Of a stretch of DNA of 64,000 nt, positions 1 through 10,974 are shown piece by piece. Where the stretch lies: contig OZ025798.1 in the NCBI GenBank assembly GCA_964019425.1, positions 992,001 through 1,056,000 on the forward strand. The letters are read 5' to 3'. A model generated the notes under the pieces. The model was given only the letters and a program-made list of their open reading frames with translations. It was not told the origin of the DNA and did not search any database. The stretch comes from Flectonema sp. DT1601. Its lineage: Eukaryota. Within the stretch, counting starts at the first letter, position 1. Each line of letters starts with the position of its first letter. Position numbers and translations under genes: made by a program.

Positions 1-2229
1 GGTCTTCGTGGGTTGAATTGGGTGCTGAACAAATTGAAATTACAGCAATCTGTAGTGATGTCATTAGAAGAACGTATGGAAGAACAAAATCAATTACCTG
101 ATGAGAAGGAGGTTTCGATAATAAAAGAGATTATGACGACTGATAAATCTACAGAAACAGAACCGGAATTACCTCCATCTCCATCTCCACCTCCATCTCC
201 ACCTCCACCAGAGCAATTGGAGCCATCACCACCAGATATTAATACTGTATGTGTTGGTGTTCAGACGTCTCCTCTTAGTAGACATTCGTCAACAAAAAAA
301 ATCACCGTTTTGGGTGACATCATCAACAGCTGCACAAGTGCAAATGTTCCTCCTCCTCAGTATTCACCCCCGGAGGGGAAGCCAGTTTTTTACGTAGAGC
401 CCACCGCTGAGTTTACGTTCAACACCCCACCCACGACTGATTTAGAAATAAATAACACCGATGTTGCTGAAATCACAGCAAAACATAACTCTGAAATGGA
501 ACATGCGCGTAAAAAGATTAATGATGTGGAATGGAAACTCTCAAAGTTAGCAACGTTCTGCATCGTTCAGATGTGTGAAGAAGAAATCCAACAAAGAGAA
601 ACTGTTGTGGGACTCTACGAAGAAATCATTTCGAACTTGTATCTTCTTCATATCCAAACAAAATCAAGTATTACGACAACTATGTCAGCGACTGAAGCAG
701 AGCGAAGTATCAACAGAAAATTAAAAAACCAAATTGCAGAAGATCAGCAAACAAAAGAATCTCTAACAAGGCAAATAGCGCTACTAAAAGAGACGAATTC
801 AACGACAGTCGAGGAAGAACAGCTAGTTCCGCTTGAGGAGACTGTTTGTTCTAAACCTGTGGTCTGCTCAACCAGTTCAGGATCGACACCCCCAAGGACA
901 ACACTTGTTCAGGCTGCTTCTCTTTTGTCGGCATCGAAGCAAATGCCGCTGCTGAGTGTCGGCGTCGATGACGGTTCTGTAAAGAAAATCGCAAAACCGA
1001 TGGACTTAAAAAATATTATTAAAAAGGCAGTCGATTCTAAAACTATGCAACCCGTCTTTCGTGAACACGACGGCTCACAACAAATGGCTGGAATTCTATC
1101 CAAACATTTATTGAACAAGACGAGGAAAAAAGCTCCTCCTGCAACTAAAAAAGATGACAACTCAACAACCAAGGGAGACAAATTACCTCCCATTGGTCCT
1201 GGTCCGCAGTTTAACCTTGGACTTATGCAGGAGGGTCTTGCGGCTAAAGTCACGACATCAGATCAGTCGACACTGCCGCCATTAAAAAGTCCGACTAAAA
1301 CAGCTCTTGCCAACACTGATCCTCTCTCAAATACTACCGAAGATGATAAGACTTTTGACAGTTTGGAGAAGACTTGCGAGGCTTACGAGTTTGTTGAAGT
1401 TTCTTCATTACCGTTCTTAGATATTCCCAAAGAAGAACTTCTTGAGAAAGTTAACTCAGCTGGGAAACACTTACAAAGTATTCTGGTGAACGAGCGAAGC
1501 AATCAAGAGAAGCGAAAGCAACGACTCGTAGCCGAACTTCGACTTAAAAAAGCATCCGAAAGATCAAAGCGAATTATGGATGATGAACCTTATGATGTTC
1601 AGTACCAACTTACTACAGTTCTGAATACTTTACAAAAGGAAATCGAGTGCTGGGCTAAGAAAGAGGTTAGTCAAAAACCATCTGCGAATGTTATGTTTGG
1701 ACAATTCGGATCTCCTGCAGGTGGGTTGCAGTCTCCAAAATCGGAAAGTACGAACGCCATAGACATTACACTTCCACCTCAAGTACCAGCAATACGCACA
1801 AAAGGAAAAGAACTATCAGCGACTAAAGGAAACCGTCGTGATCACTTCACACTTGAGGATGCTATTAAGAATCGTGTGAGGTCCTCATCTCCAAAATCTG
1901 CGGCAGTTTCTCTTTCAGCTGCTGCCTCACCACTGGAAACGTCTCTCGGGAAAGTGGATTTCGAAAGTGCTGAAAAACTTCAGCCGCCTCCGGATGCCGT
2001 TCCACTCACAAACCTCATTGCTTCCCCTGAAGATCGGGTGATACAAAAGATGAAGAAAGAGGTAACTGTTTCCAGTGAAAAACCGAAACCCCTCGCGAAA
2101 CAAAAGCTGGGACCCAATCCCAACTTGAGCACCTCTCTCGCAAAACAACTGTGTGCAGCACAAGTTGGGGCGAAAAGCAAATTCGTTGTTAAATCGAAAG
2201 CTGTTATTTTTGGAGTTGGAAAAGGCTAG
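1..2229 (+). CDS. 3' part of an uncharacterised protein (Pro-rich tract, coiled coil, low-complexity C-terminus); probably 5'-truncated by the window edge
   Basis: Frame 1 is open from base 1 to TAG at 2227-2229 (>740 codons); PSPPP repeat near 170-230; no domain recognised. Confidence 0.8.
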   Translation, partial: GLRGLNWVLNKLKLQQSVVMSLEERMEEQNQLPDEKEVSIIKEIMTTDKSTETEPELPPSPSPPPSPPPPEQLEPSPPDINTVCVGVQTSPLSRHSSTKKITVLGDIINSCTSANVPPPQYSPPEGKPVFYVEPTAEFTFNTPPTTDLEINNTDVAEITAKHNSEMEHARKKINDVEWKLSKLATFCIVQMCEEEIQQRETVVGLYEEIISNLYLLHIQTKSSITTTMSATEAERSINRKLKNQIAEDQQTKESLTRQIALLKETNSTTVEEEQLVPLEETVCSKPVVCSTSSGSTPPRTTLVQAASLLSASKQMPLLSVGVDDGSVKKIAKPMDLKNIIKKAVDSKTMQPVFREHDGSQQMAGILSKHLLNKTRKKAPPATKKDDNSTTKGDKLPPIGPGPQFNLGLMQEGLAAKVTTSDQSTLPPLKSPTKTALANTDPLSNTTEDDKTFDSLEKTCEAYEFVEVSSLPFLDIPKEELLEKVNSAGKHLQSILVNERSNQEKRKQRLVAELRLKKASERSKRIMDDEPYDVQYQLTTVLNTLQKEIECWAKKEVSQKPSANVMFGQFGSPAGGLQSPKSESTNAIDITLPPQVPAIRTKGKELSATKGNRRDHFTLEDAIKNRVRSSSPKSAAVSLSAAASPLETSLGKVDFESAEKLQPPPDAVPLTNLIASPEDRVIQKMKKEVTVSSEKPKPLAKQKLGPNPNLSTSLAKQLCAAQVGAKSKFVVKSKAVIFGVGKG

Positions 2230-2574
2230 CAGCCGTACCTCAACATATCTGTAATTTTGTTCCGTTCCGCTGATTATTTTTTGTTCCATTTATTCTTTGC
2301 GTTTACACGTTGCCAACCTCTGTTTTTATATTTTATTGATATTGAATACGATATCAATCGCCATTTACCCCCTGAAAGACTTATTCGTTTACACGAACTT
2401 TCTGTCCCAGCTGCGGGCCATCGTTAGCGCTATTGACTCTTTGCAGGCACGTTTTTCGTTTTATTTATTTATTTATATCAACATGACGGAATACTGTTGC
2501 CTTAACAAGATTACTATAACAGTTACACAACCAGATCACAATAATTTATCATATTCTCTTTAATCAGATATCAC

Positions 2575-5034
2575 ATGTTGAAATTCACAGTAATCCTATT
2601 GCTCTGTGCAGTAGGCGTGTTTGGTGCACCTTTTTCTCTAAATGTGACCAAAGCAGCTGGATGTGGTAAACAATCTCCTTATAAAATAGGAGAGAAGGTA
2701 AAGAGTAAAATAAAAATCCACGATCCTGTTACCGGTGAAGACATGGACAGAGAGTACATGATCTACATCCCTACGGGATACGATGAAACTGCTGAGTTGC
2801 CAGTGATGTTGGTATGTAGAATTTACATAGTAACTAAATAATACAAATATTTGTAATATTCAAAACAAAAACAGGTTTATCATGGATGGGGTTCACATTG
2901 GACGACTTCTCGTCAGGGATATCATCCCGTTGGGGAACCAGGTATGGAATTTAAAAATTAAATCATCACATTCAATTCTTATTCACACTTCTCTTTGTTT
3001 TCTCCTTTCTTAAATTAAAAGTTGGTTTGACTTATCCTAACTTGCTCGACCAGATTGAAGAACTGATGTCAATTATTCGAATTAATCATCGATTATGTGG
3101 AAGAATCTCCGAATAACAAAGAGAGTTGTAAAACTAAGTCACCTTCACAAGAATGATGGCGAGGCATGCACACTACTAAAAGAACGATTGCCTGCAGCAT
3201 TCTGTACCCGCGGAAGACATCGAGAACAAGAACGGTTTCAAGAGGTTAGCAAACTACCACAAGAAATAGAGAAATTAGTGAACGAAGGCTACGAAGTTGG
3301 AGAAATGACGCTGAGCTGTGCCATAGCACAGTGCAAACGTTCTAAAGTGGGGCAAACTACTGGGTTGGAACAAGCTTTTAAAATATTAGATAAAGCATCG
3401 AGTCTAAAGATCCCCCACGACTCTGAAAGAATAAAGACTTCAATTATATCTGTGGCGTCATCAATTGGTAATTTAGAAACCTTTTACATCACCGTTAAGA
3501 AACTTGGTATTAATATGTCGAAACCATCAATTGTAGTAATAGGAGATCTGTTGAAAACTCTTTCTATTTGTAAAGCTCCATGGGAAGATATTCAGAATGT
3601 CTGGAAAGATATTGAAGAAGCGAAACTTCAACCAACAATGCAAATTTTCCACGCGATGATGAAATGCTCTCGTACGATATCTCAAATGACGTGGGTATTT
3701 AACACCCTGACTAAGTATGACTACGAACCTGACGTTAACATTATCGGAGCTGCTATTGCAACAGCTGGTGTTGCAAAACGTTTTGACGTCGCTGGAATGT
3801 TATACAACAAATGCTTGTCTGATAATCATCTTCAACCCAACATGTACGTTCGAACATCACTGCTATACGCTTCAATAAGTTGTAAGGGTGAGAGTGGTAT
3901 TGACTTCGCTATTGAACAGATTGAAAAGAACTTCGAAATTACACCATCGACACTACAGCTTATTATCTCTTCTCACCCATCATTAAAATCTGCATCATCT
4001 TTGCTAAAAAAATATAATAGTATCGCTGATGACAAGGTGCGAAGAACACTTGAATGTCGCAAATCAAAAGATAAACATATTAAAGCTAACCGAAGAGTTA
4101 CTTTACAACAATTGCGTTCTAAAAGTAGTTTAAGAAAAAGCATCTCAACTAATGAAAGCAAATCTAAAAAGAAAACCTCCTCCTCGATGACTCTACTCTT
4201 CAACATGACAGCTCCAGATTAAATTAGGGAAGGCGGAAAAAGCAGCGATCACAACAACTGAAAACAAGAAAAAGAATAAAATAAAAAATAAAAAAAATAA
4301 AAAGAAGACAGAGCTAACAATACAAAACATAAACAGATAAATACATGACCATCTACGTCAAGGGTATGGATGATATGTCTGGATTCGGTTCAAAGGTTTC
4401 TTGGAACTGTGGTAATGCAGGAGACTTAGTTTCGTGCACATCAGAAGCAAATGGAGATTGCTACGACAGTTGTAACAAGATTGGTAAATGTAGTCGATGC
4501 AACAGTTACACTTGTGTTGACGATGTTCACTTTACAAAACTACTACTGGAAAGGATCCTTAGTGAACTTTGCATTGATACCAAGCGTTTGTACGCAACTG
4601 GATACTCAAATGGAGGTCAATTCATGTATGACCTCGCTTGGGGTCTTCCAGTTTTCGCAGCGATTGCACCACTTTGTGGAACTCCTTTTGCAGGTAATGT
4701 CAGAGTACCAAATCAAATTGAAGAGACGGCATTAGTTCACCTTCACACTACTGGTGATAAAACTATTCCGTACAACGGAGGTGTTTCATACGAACACTGG
4801 ACATACACCGCTGTTAAAGATATTACAAGAATGTGGGCTGATGTCCATTCCTGTTCCGATAAAGAAAAACCACTTCAAACACCTTGGGATGGTAAGGATG
4901 AACTCTCATGTCACGCCTACATGTGTCCAAGAGACAGTGTTGTTCATTGCAGTATGTCAGGAGGACACACTCACTTCCCTTCTTGGGGATATGCGTTTAA
5001 CTGGTGGGCTCTCAGTAAGTACGTTAGAAAATAA
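2575..5034 (+). CDS. Secreted alpha/beta-hydrolase of the LpqC / PHB-depolymerase-like esterase family, 333 aa, 3 exons
   Basis: Exons 2575-2811, 2875-2941, 4337-5034 join in frame (phase 0, then phase 1 G|AT=Asp), giving LPVMLVYHGWG and GEPDKYMTIYVKG. Signal peptide MLKFTVILLLCAVGVFG; nucleophile GYSNG; Asp motif HTTGDKTIP; His in GGHT. Confidence 0.85.
2812..2874 (+). other. Spliceosomal intron 1 of esterase (63 nt)
   Basis: GTATGT ... CAAAACAAAAACAG; removal restores the xxHG motif. Confidence 0.9.
2942..4336 (+). other. Spliceosomal intron 2 of esterase (1395 nt), hosting a nested same-strand ORF
   Basis: GTATGG ... ACAAAACATAAACAG; phase-1 junction keeps the frame into the 4345 ORF. 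Confidence 0.8.
3095..4222 (+). CDS. Pentatricopeptide-repeat-like protein (375 aa), intronless, nested in esterase intron 2; possible mitochondrial presequence
   Basis: ~35-aa periodic helical motifs (KPSIVVIGDLLK, LQPTMQIFHAMMK, YEPDVNIIGAAIA, LQPNMYVRTSLL); basic N-terminus MWKNLRITKRVVKL; pyrimidine tract ~2975-3011 upstream. Confidence 0.7.
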   Translation: MWKNLRITKRVVKLSHLHKNDGEACTLLKERLPAAFCTRGRHREQERFQEVSKLPQEIEKLVNEGYEVGEMTLSCAIAQCKRSKVGQTTGLEQAFKILDKASSLKIPHDSERIKTSIISVASSIGNLETFYITVKKLGINMSKPSIVVIGDLLKTLSICKAPWEDIQNVWKDIEEAKLQPTMQIFHAMMKCSRTISQMTWVFNTLTKYDYEPDVNIIGAAIATAGVAKRFDVAGMLYNKCLSDNHLQPNMYVRTSLLYASISCKGESGIDFAIEQIEKNFEITPSTLQLIISSHPSLKSASSLLKKYNSIADDKVRRTLECRKSKDKHIKANRRVTLQQLRSKSSLRKSISTNESKSKKKTSSSMTLLFNMTAPD

Positions 5035-5568
5035 ATAATTCAAATTCTGATTTCTTTTTTTCAAATTGATATCCCATCGGCTTTTTTTAAAGTTGAAAAA
5101 AAATTTTCTTTCAAACAATAAATTGTAGTTTTTTCTCCTTTTATATGTTGTTTTTGAAAGTTTTCAAAAAAAAAAAAAAAAAATTAACCGATCTTTTGGG
5201 ATGACCAAAAAGCGTTAATATCTTCACGTGCTGACATACTAGTTATTTATACCTGGTCGTGTTTTGAATATTTTTGTCCTCTTCTTCGTATGGTGGCTTA
5301 TAATTACATCTGTCTTATGTACTTTTTGTTAATTTTATTTTATTTCGACCGAATTTTATCATTCGGGGAGGGTGACTAATATATCTCTGATTTGTGGTAT
5401 TGTAATCGTTTTATAGCTGACGCTTCGAAAAGACCGAAAAAAAAAAAAAAAAAAAAAACGGATGGGAAGAAGAAGAAGAAAAAACATAATCCCATCTGAT
5501 ATTACTATGCTTTAATGAATGGTAAAACTTTTTATTACATCGTCTTTTTCCTTAACAGAATATTTACC

Positions 5569-7830
5569 ATGGCTCTCTTAACAGGAGAGTGGATTGATGA
5601 TGTGTATAGAAAGATTCATGCTACTCTCACTGGAGATAAAGGTGAGCCGGATGAAGATTTAAACGGCTCTCCTGATGAAGAAGAAAAAACAATAAAACCA
5701 TGTCCTAATTCAGTATGGTCTGAAACTGAGTACGAAGAGTTAGGATGCGCATTGTGGGAGATGAAAGACTTATTAGGAAATAATATCGCATACTTCTCTG
5801 GCATCGATGAGGTAGAAATGACAAGAGTTCTGGCTCTGATCGCAACTGAGTGGGCGTTGTTAGAGGAAGGGTGCTTATCAGTCGCACGCGCTGCATCCCG
5901 TCACGACGCCGACCCAACAATGCCTGGAAACGGATATCGCTCACTGTTATCAATAATGCTTGCAGCAGTGTATAAAACTATACCTCGATTAAAAGATTGC
6001 TGTCGACAGAGAGAGAGTCTTCTATTTAATAAAAATGTTCACATTACCGACCTAGACGACTACGGACAAATCCTATCCCTTCTTCGTAAGATGGTACAAT
6101 ACGCTGTAATGGCAGATAGTATTAGTTGCCGTAATCATTTGTTCTTACCAGAATCAGAAGCTGAGTTAGAGAAGCAATCGATTCAACAATTTGGTGAGTT
6201 CGACTGCAGCTGTTTTTACGGTCGAAGAGCTGCATTCTACTGCGATCCTAAAATAAGAGCTGCTCTGTCTGTAATTATAACAGCAATGGCAGGATACGAT
6301 GCCGGGTTTCACTCAAGTGCGAATACTGATCAACAACAGCAGCACCAACAAGAAGACGAAGTTATTGAAGAAGACGACGATGACGACACTGAATTGCCGG
6401 TTCAGCAACAGCCAACAGAAGTTGACATTCAAATAAAAACAACAAAAGACGGAGCGAAAGCAGTCATGAAGGGAGTCGGATATTGGATAAATCCAAAATC
6501 ACGAGCAGAAAGTTTAATAAAACGATTCCGATCATGTGACATACCATTTGCTAAAGGGTTTTGGGGACTAACAGAAAGTGCACCTTTAGCTCAACACACT
6601 GGTTCTCTTATCAGTCCATGGATGGCAGTAAACAGAGATATTAAGATTCCAATTACAGAAGAAGATATCTTAACATGTTTTGATGATGGTCCCTTTGGAC
6701 CATTACTCGCAGAGGCAGTCTCGTCGCCACTTGACCAACTCCCTTCAGTTGAAAGACGTGTCTCTGCTGCTATCGATAAAGATTTACTAAGTGAGATTGA
6801 GATAAAACAATTTAATCAAATTATTTCAAAAAGAAAAGGAATCTGTACGACCGTAACACCTCTAGACACTCCGCTACGTGAGTTTACTAAATTAGTACTG
6901 AAATCGGTTGGTGATCCGTTTCCGTTTGTTGATAGTGGACTCGGTTATGTACAGGCACAGTTACTGAATCATAATGGTGATACACAGACGACACCTAGAA
7001 CACCAGGTATTATTATTCATTTTCATGGAGGTGGATTCGTTGCTCAGTCTCCCAAAAGTCATGAGATATATCTCAGGCGATGGACTAAAGAACTTGGAGT
7101 TCCCATTATATCTGTTGACTATTCACTTGCTCCTGAAGCGTGGTTTCCAAGAGCTGTTCAAGAATGTTTTTTTGTATACAAGTGGGTCATTGCTAACAGA
7201 GCCGCCCTCGGTGCTGGTCCTAAGGGTAGAATCATTCTAACAGGAGACAGCGCTGGTGGTAATCTCGCTGTAGGCGTTGCTTTAAAATCTGTTATCAGCG
7301 GCATACGTAAACCAGATGAAGTTGTAGTGTCATATCCAGTATTAAATGTGAAATTAGCTGCTTCACCAAGCCGGCTTATGGCAATGTTAGACGCATTGTT
7401 ACCGATGGGATTACTTGAGTGTTGTTTAAAGGCTTATACAGGTAATCGACCTTCTTCTGAATATTCTCCTTTGATGTCACCGTTGATAGCATCGGATGAT
7501 CTTTTGAAGCAATTTCCTCCAATTAGAATTGTTGCTAGTGAGTTCGATCCGCTACTTGATGACTCAGTTGTCTTTATTCGAAAACTTCGTAGTATGGGAC
7601 TCGATGCTACCATTGATATCGCACCAAAAATGCCTCATGGGTTTCTAAATTTAGCATACCTGGGAGGAGGTACTGACAGCATATCTGCTGTTGGACTTGT
7701 GGTGAATCACTTAAGCAAAGCTCTTCAGGGCAACACTAGTAATGATGACGTCGATATAATTGATCCTCCATCAGTTCTTACGGCAGGGGGTTCAGTTGTG
7801 TCAACCAACAGCGGTTGGTTCGCACCGTGA
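5569..7830 (+). CDS. Hormone-sensitive lipase-like hydrolase (HSL N-terminal region plus abhydrolase_3 domain), intronless
   Basis: HFHGGGF, GDSAGGNL, DPLLDDS, PHGFL motifs; GNGYRSL and FYGR in the HSL N region; ATG 5569 follows pyrimidine-AG at 5558. Confidence 0.9.
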   Translation: MALLTGEWIDDVYRKIHATLTGDKGEPDEDLNGSPDEEEKTIKPCPNSVWSETEYEELGCALWEMKDLLGNNIAYFSGIDEVEMTRVLALIATEWALLEEGCLSVARAASRHDADPTMPGNGYRSLLSIMLAAVYKTIPRLKDCCRQRESLLFNKNVHITDLDDYGQILSLLRKMVQYAVMADSISCRNHLFLPESEAELEKQSIQQFGEFDCSCFYGRRAAFYCDPKIRAALSVIITAMAGYDAGFHSSANTDQQQQHQQEDEVIEEDDDDDTELPVQQQPTEVDIQIKTTKDGAKAVMKGVGYWINPKSRAESLIKRFRSCDIPFAKGFWGLTESAPLAQHTGSLISPWMAVNRDIKIPITEEDILTCFDDGPFGPLLAEAVSSPLDQLPSVERRVSAAIDKDLLSEIEIKQFNQIISKRKGICTTVTPLDTPLREFTKLVLKSVGDPFPFVDSGLGYVQAQLLNHNGDTQTTPRTPGIIIHFHGGGFVAQSPKSHEIYLRRWTKELGVPIISVDYSLAPEAWFPRAVQECFFVYKWVIANRAALGAGPKGRIILTGDSAGGNLAVGVALKSVISGIRKPDEVVVSYPVLNVKLAASPSRLMAMLDALLPMGLLECCLKAYTGNRPSSEYSPLMSPLIASDDLLKQFPPIRIVASEFDPLLDDSVVFIRKLRSMGLDATIDIAPKMPHGFLNLAYLGGGTDSISAVGLVVNHLSKALQGNTSNDDVDIIDPPSVLTAGGSVVSTNSGWFAP

Positions 7831-8204
7831 TATACATTCCCGTCTGGGAGAGGACGATTTAAATATGTTTTTATTTTCCCCCCAAAAGCTGACGGAAAGG
7901 CACATTCATAAGTAAATTCCGATTTTTTTTTTTTTTTTTTTTAAAATTTGTTCTAAAAACCTGAACTGAAAAAAAAAAAAAAAAGAAAAAAAATAATAAT
8001 AATGTGTTCAGCTTGTGTTTCGCTCATGGTTAATGTACGACGTTAACGATTTTGCAATTTCATTTTTTTATTAAATTTATCCCTACAACACAGATTGTGT
8101 GTACTAGCTTCAGCACTGTTGACATTCAGTCATAATTGATTTCATCAAGTGAACTGATGTGTGTTAGTTTATTTATCAATCAGGAGAAGGGGAAAAAAAA
8201 AAAA

Positions 8205-9905
8205 ATGAAATCGTTTCACCATCTAACAGAGGGACAACTAGACATTCTTCCTTATACCGAAGGCAGGCTGTGTCCCTTGTATTGTGGTAGTGATGAAGAA
8301 AAAAGTGAATCTTATGAACTATTTTGCTCGTTTTTAAAGAAGGAAAAGGCGAGGTCAGTTACTATAGGAAGTTGGCATCCGAACCCTACTGAGCATAGAT
8401 CTAACTTAGGTAAGGAAGATTTTATATATTTAACAACAGACGGACAATTGAGAGAACTTCCAGAAGCAATCGTTAGAGAGATAGTAACTGACAAGATTAA
8501 TAACCACCTAACAGTTTCTATTTATCAACTGTCCTATCCAGATGTTTTAAAGAGCGAGAGTGAATGGATTTCTGAAGTTGTATCATCGTCACTTCCTGGA
8601 AGGAGATACAGTATTTGTCACTTAATGATGAAAACTGATGCGACAGATCCACTGTGTTGTGATCCATTGTACAGTAGAGTCTCAACACCTCCTTTAGAAC
8701 CGATTACTGACAAGATACCTGTCCCAACTCCCATGAGTAGAAAATTATCAAGTGAATTTAGTGATGTGACGAGTGTGCCGACATTACCAACACCGTCATT
8801 GCAGGAACTAAAACTAAATAAACAGGATGATGTAGCGGAAGTATCTCAACCTGTCTCAGTTGTAACTTGTAATCACGAATCTGAAATAACTTCTCTTAAA
8901 AACATAATCGAGACATTTCAAGAAGAAAAAGACAAGCTCACCAAAGACATTGAGGAACTTCTTATAAATCTCCAATCACGTCCAAATGTAACATCAGCTG
9001 AGTACACAGCTCTTCAAGAAAACTTTGGTAGCATGGCCAACAAGCTATCCGAAACTGAGGGAAGTCTTGAGATTGCAAACAAAGACAACGAACGCCTTCA
9101 AATTGAAATCGCCAAGTTGAAAACTGAGTTAAGTGAGTCTAAAAGATCTGAGGAAGCGAACCTCGAAAAGATAAATCTGATGGTACAAGAACATACAGAA
9201 GAAAAGGATGAAATGGCTGGAAAGCAAAATGAGGATTTAGAAAAAGCGAAAGCGGAGATAAGTTCAATTAAAAAAGTTTTAAACGCCAGGAATGTTGCGA
9301 GATCTCGAGCGGCTAGCACGAAGCGTTCGAAATCAAGAAAGCAATTCTCAGTAACTCCTTCGATATCAGCCACTTCAATTACTGCTACTCACCAAGAACA
9401 ACAGAATCCAACATCTTCCTTATCAACTCCAATATGTCCAGTTTGTGGTGATGAGGATAGGATTACTAATGAAACAGCTTTTCATGTTCAGCGATTCGAA
9501 GGCAAGTCAGCTGTCCTTCAGAAATGCCTCCACATGTTGTACGGTACGGAAGATCAATATCGACGCGAATTGGCAGCGGAAGAAAAGATTTCAAATGACT
9601 ACGAAAACGAAATACGAACTCTCCAGGATTCGGGACAACAGCTTTTTGCGAAACTCAGAGAAGCTGAAAACTTTGAGAAAGTTCAGGATGAGGAAATTGC
9701 TCAGCTTAGAAGTGATTTAGTCGCCACCAGAGCTGATGCTTCCCTCGTAAGTACTGAACTGTCGACACTGAAGTCTATGATGTCACCGTCGGTATCTCAC
9801 TTTGTCACCCATCCAATTTCGACACCATTTGTACCAGCTACACCTTTGCCAGTAAACCCTCGTGTTAAATTTGGAGCAGGGATGTTTTCACCTCCTCCAC
9901 TCTGA
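8205..9905 (+). CDS. Uncharacterised coiled-coil protein
   Basis: Long ORF with E/K-rich heptad segments; ATG after A-run, AG at 8183. Confidence 0.8.
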   Translation: MKSFHHLTEGQLDILPYTEGRLCPLYCGSDEEKSESYELFCSFLKKEKARSVTIGSWHPNPTEHRSNLGKEDFIYLTTDGQLRELPEAIVREIVTDKINNHLTVSIYQLSYPDVLKSESEWISEVVSSSLPGRRYSICHLMMKTDATDPLCCDPLYSRVSTPPLEPITDKIPVPTPMSRKLSSEFSDVTSVPTLPTPSLQELKLNKQDDVAEVSQPVSVVTCNHESEITSLKNIIETFQEEKDKLTKDIEELLINLQSRPNVTSAEYTALQENFGSMANKLSETEGSLEIANKDNERLQIEIAKLKTELSESKRSEEANLEKINLMVQEHTEEKDEMAGKQNEDLEKAKAEISSIKKVLNARNVARSRAASTKRSKSRKQFSVTPSISATSITATHQEQQNPTSSLSTPICPVCGDEDRITNETAFHVQRFEGKSAVLQKCLHMLYGTEDQYRRELAAEEKISNDYENEIRTLQDSGQQLFAKLREAENFEKVQDEEIAQLRSDLVATRADASLVSTELSTLKSMMSPSVSHFVTHPISTPFVPATPLPVNPRVKFGAGMFSPPPL

Positions 9906-10341
9906 CAATCTGTAAAAGCGAGTTAAACCATAAAAGTATACATAGAGAACTGACTAAAGAAAATATAAAGACTTCCACAACCTACTCTACTGTTATATTA
10001 TAACACTTTTTTTAGGGATGTTGGAAGTCAATTAATTTATGTGTCGTTCTCAATTCGGTAGCTTTCCCTCATTGTTTTTGATTAGTTTTGTACCCCAAAA
10101 CCTCAGTTCGAGAGACGTATCTGTTTCTGCTACTGTTTTACTGTATTTATTTTTAATTTTCTTTTTTTTTTTTTGTTGTTGTTTTTTTTTATTATTTTAT
10201 TCATTTGCCTGTTTTAGGCAATGTCATATCTCCCTATTTAGAAACGTGTTCGTGCAGCTAATAATTGTTGTTGTTCTGATTGGTTTATGTGTACTTTTTT
10301 TTTTCAACAGAGATATTTACAAAAGAGTAAATAAAAAAAAA

Positions 10342-10974
10342 ATGGGAAAAGGGTGCTCCGCCAAGGTCACAATTGACGTTGATGTTAGAGACGTATTGTT
10401 CTCAGGGTTTGTGAGGGAGATTGAGGGAATGGCTGATAAGGGAGACCGTCTTGCATGTGATGAGGAAATATCTGTTTACGATGCACGTTCTGAAAACGGA
10501 CCAGAAATATCACTTGAAGCATATCTACTACGATGGGTTAGATACGCTGGATGCAGTACCAATGCTATTCCAATTGCAGCATCTTTATTAACTAGATCAG
10601 GTGTGCAACTAACCAGAAGAAATAAACATCGATTGGTATTTGCATGTCTCGCCCTAGCAACTAAAACACACGATGATATCTACTACTCTAACACTATGTA
10701 TGCCGGTATCGGTGGATTATCACTTAAGGAGTTCAATAGACTCGAGACTGATTTAATAAACCGTGTTGACTGGAATACCTTTGTATCTCCCCATGAGCAC
10801 AAACGTACTGTAGAACGTCTGACTGAAGAAGCAAATAAAATAATAGGAATTCTGTCCAACACTAACTCTGCTCCGAATGATTTTCAACCACACACACCTA
10901 TCCAAACGCAGTCATGTGTTGATAAGTTTTTCAGCTTCTTTGGTATCAGCGATCTTGCGTCTCCGTTTAACTAA
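10342..10974 (+). CDS. PHO80/U(P)-type cyclin, 210 aa
   Basis: PEISLEAYLLRW, NKHRL, LATKTHDDIYYSNTMYAGIGGLSLKEFNRLE cyclin box; ATG 10342 after AG 10310; the upstream in-frame extension is poly-T UTR. Confidence 0.9.
   Translation: MGKGCSAKVTIDVDVRDVLFSGFVREIEGMADKGDRLACDEEISVYDARSENGPEISLEAYLLRWVRYAGCSTNAIPIAASLLTRSGVQLTRRNKHRLVFACLALATKTHDDIYYSNTMYAGIGGLSLKEFNRLETDLINRVDWNTFVSPHEHKRTVERLTEEANKIIGILSNTNSAPNDFQPHTPIQTQSCVDKFFSFFGISDLASPFN

Noticed and set aside
4345..5034. Stand-alone 229-aa esterase gene
   Set aside because: Lacks the signal peptide and HG motif supplied by upstream exons; preceded by an A-rich cis-type acceptor in the right phase
10039..10341. N-terminal extensions in the ORF track (also 5515, 8136, 39995, 54002)
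   Set aside because: They run through T-rich tracts upstream of the putative acceptor AG; the downstream ATG fits family or signal-peptide starts better
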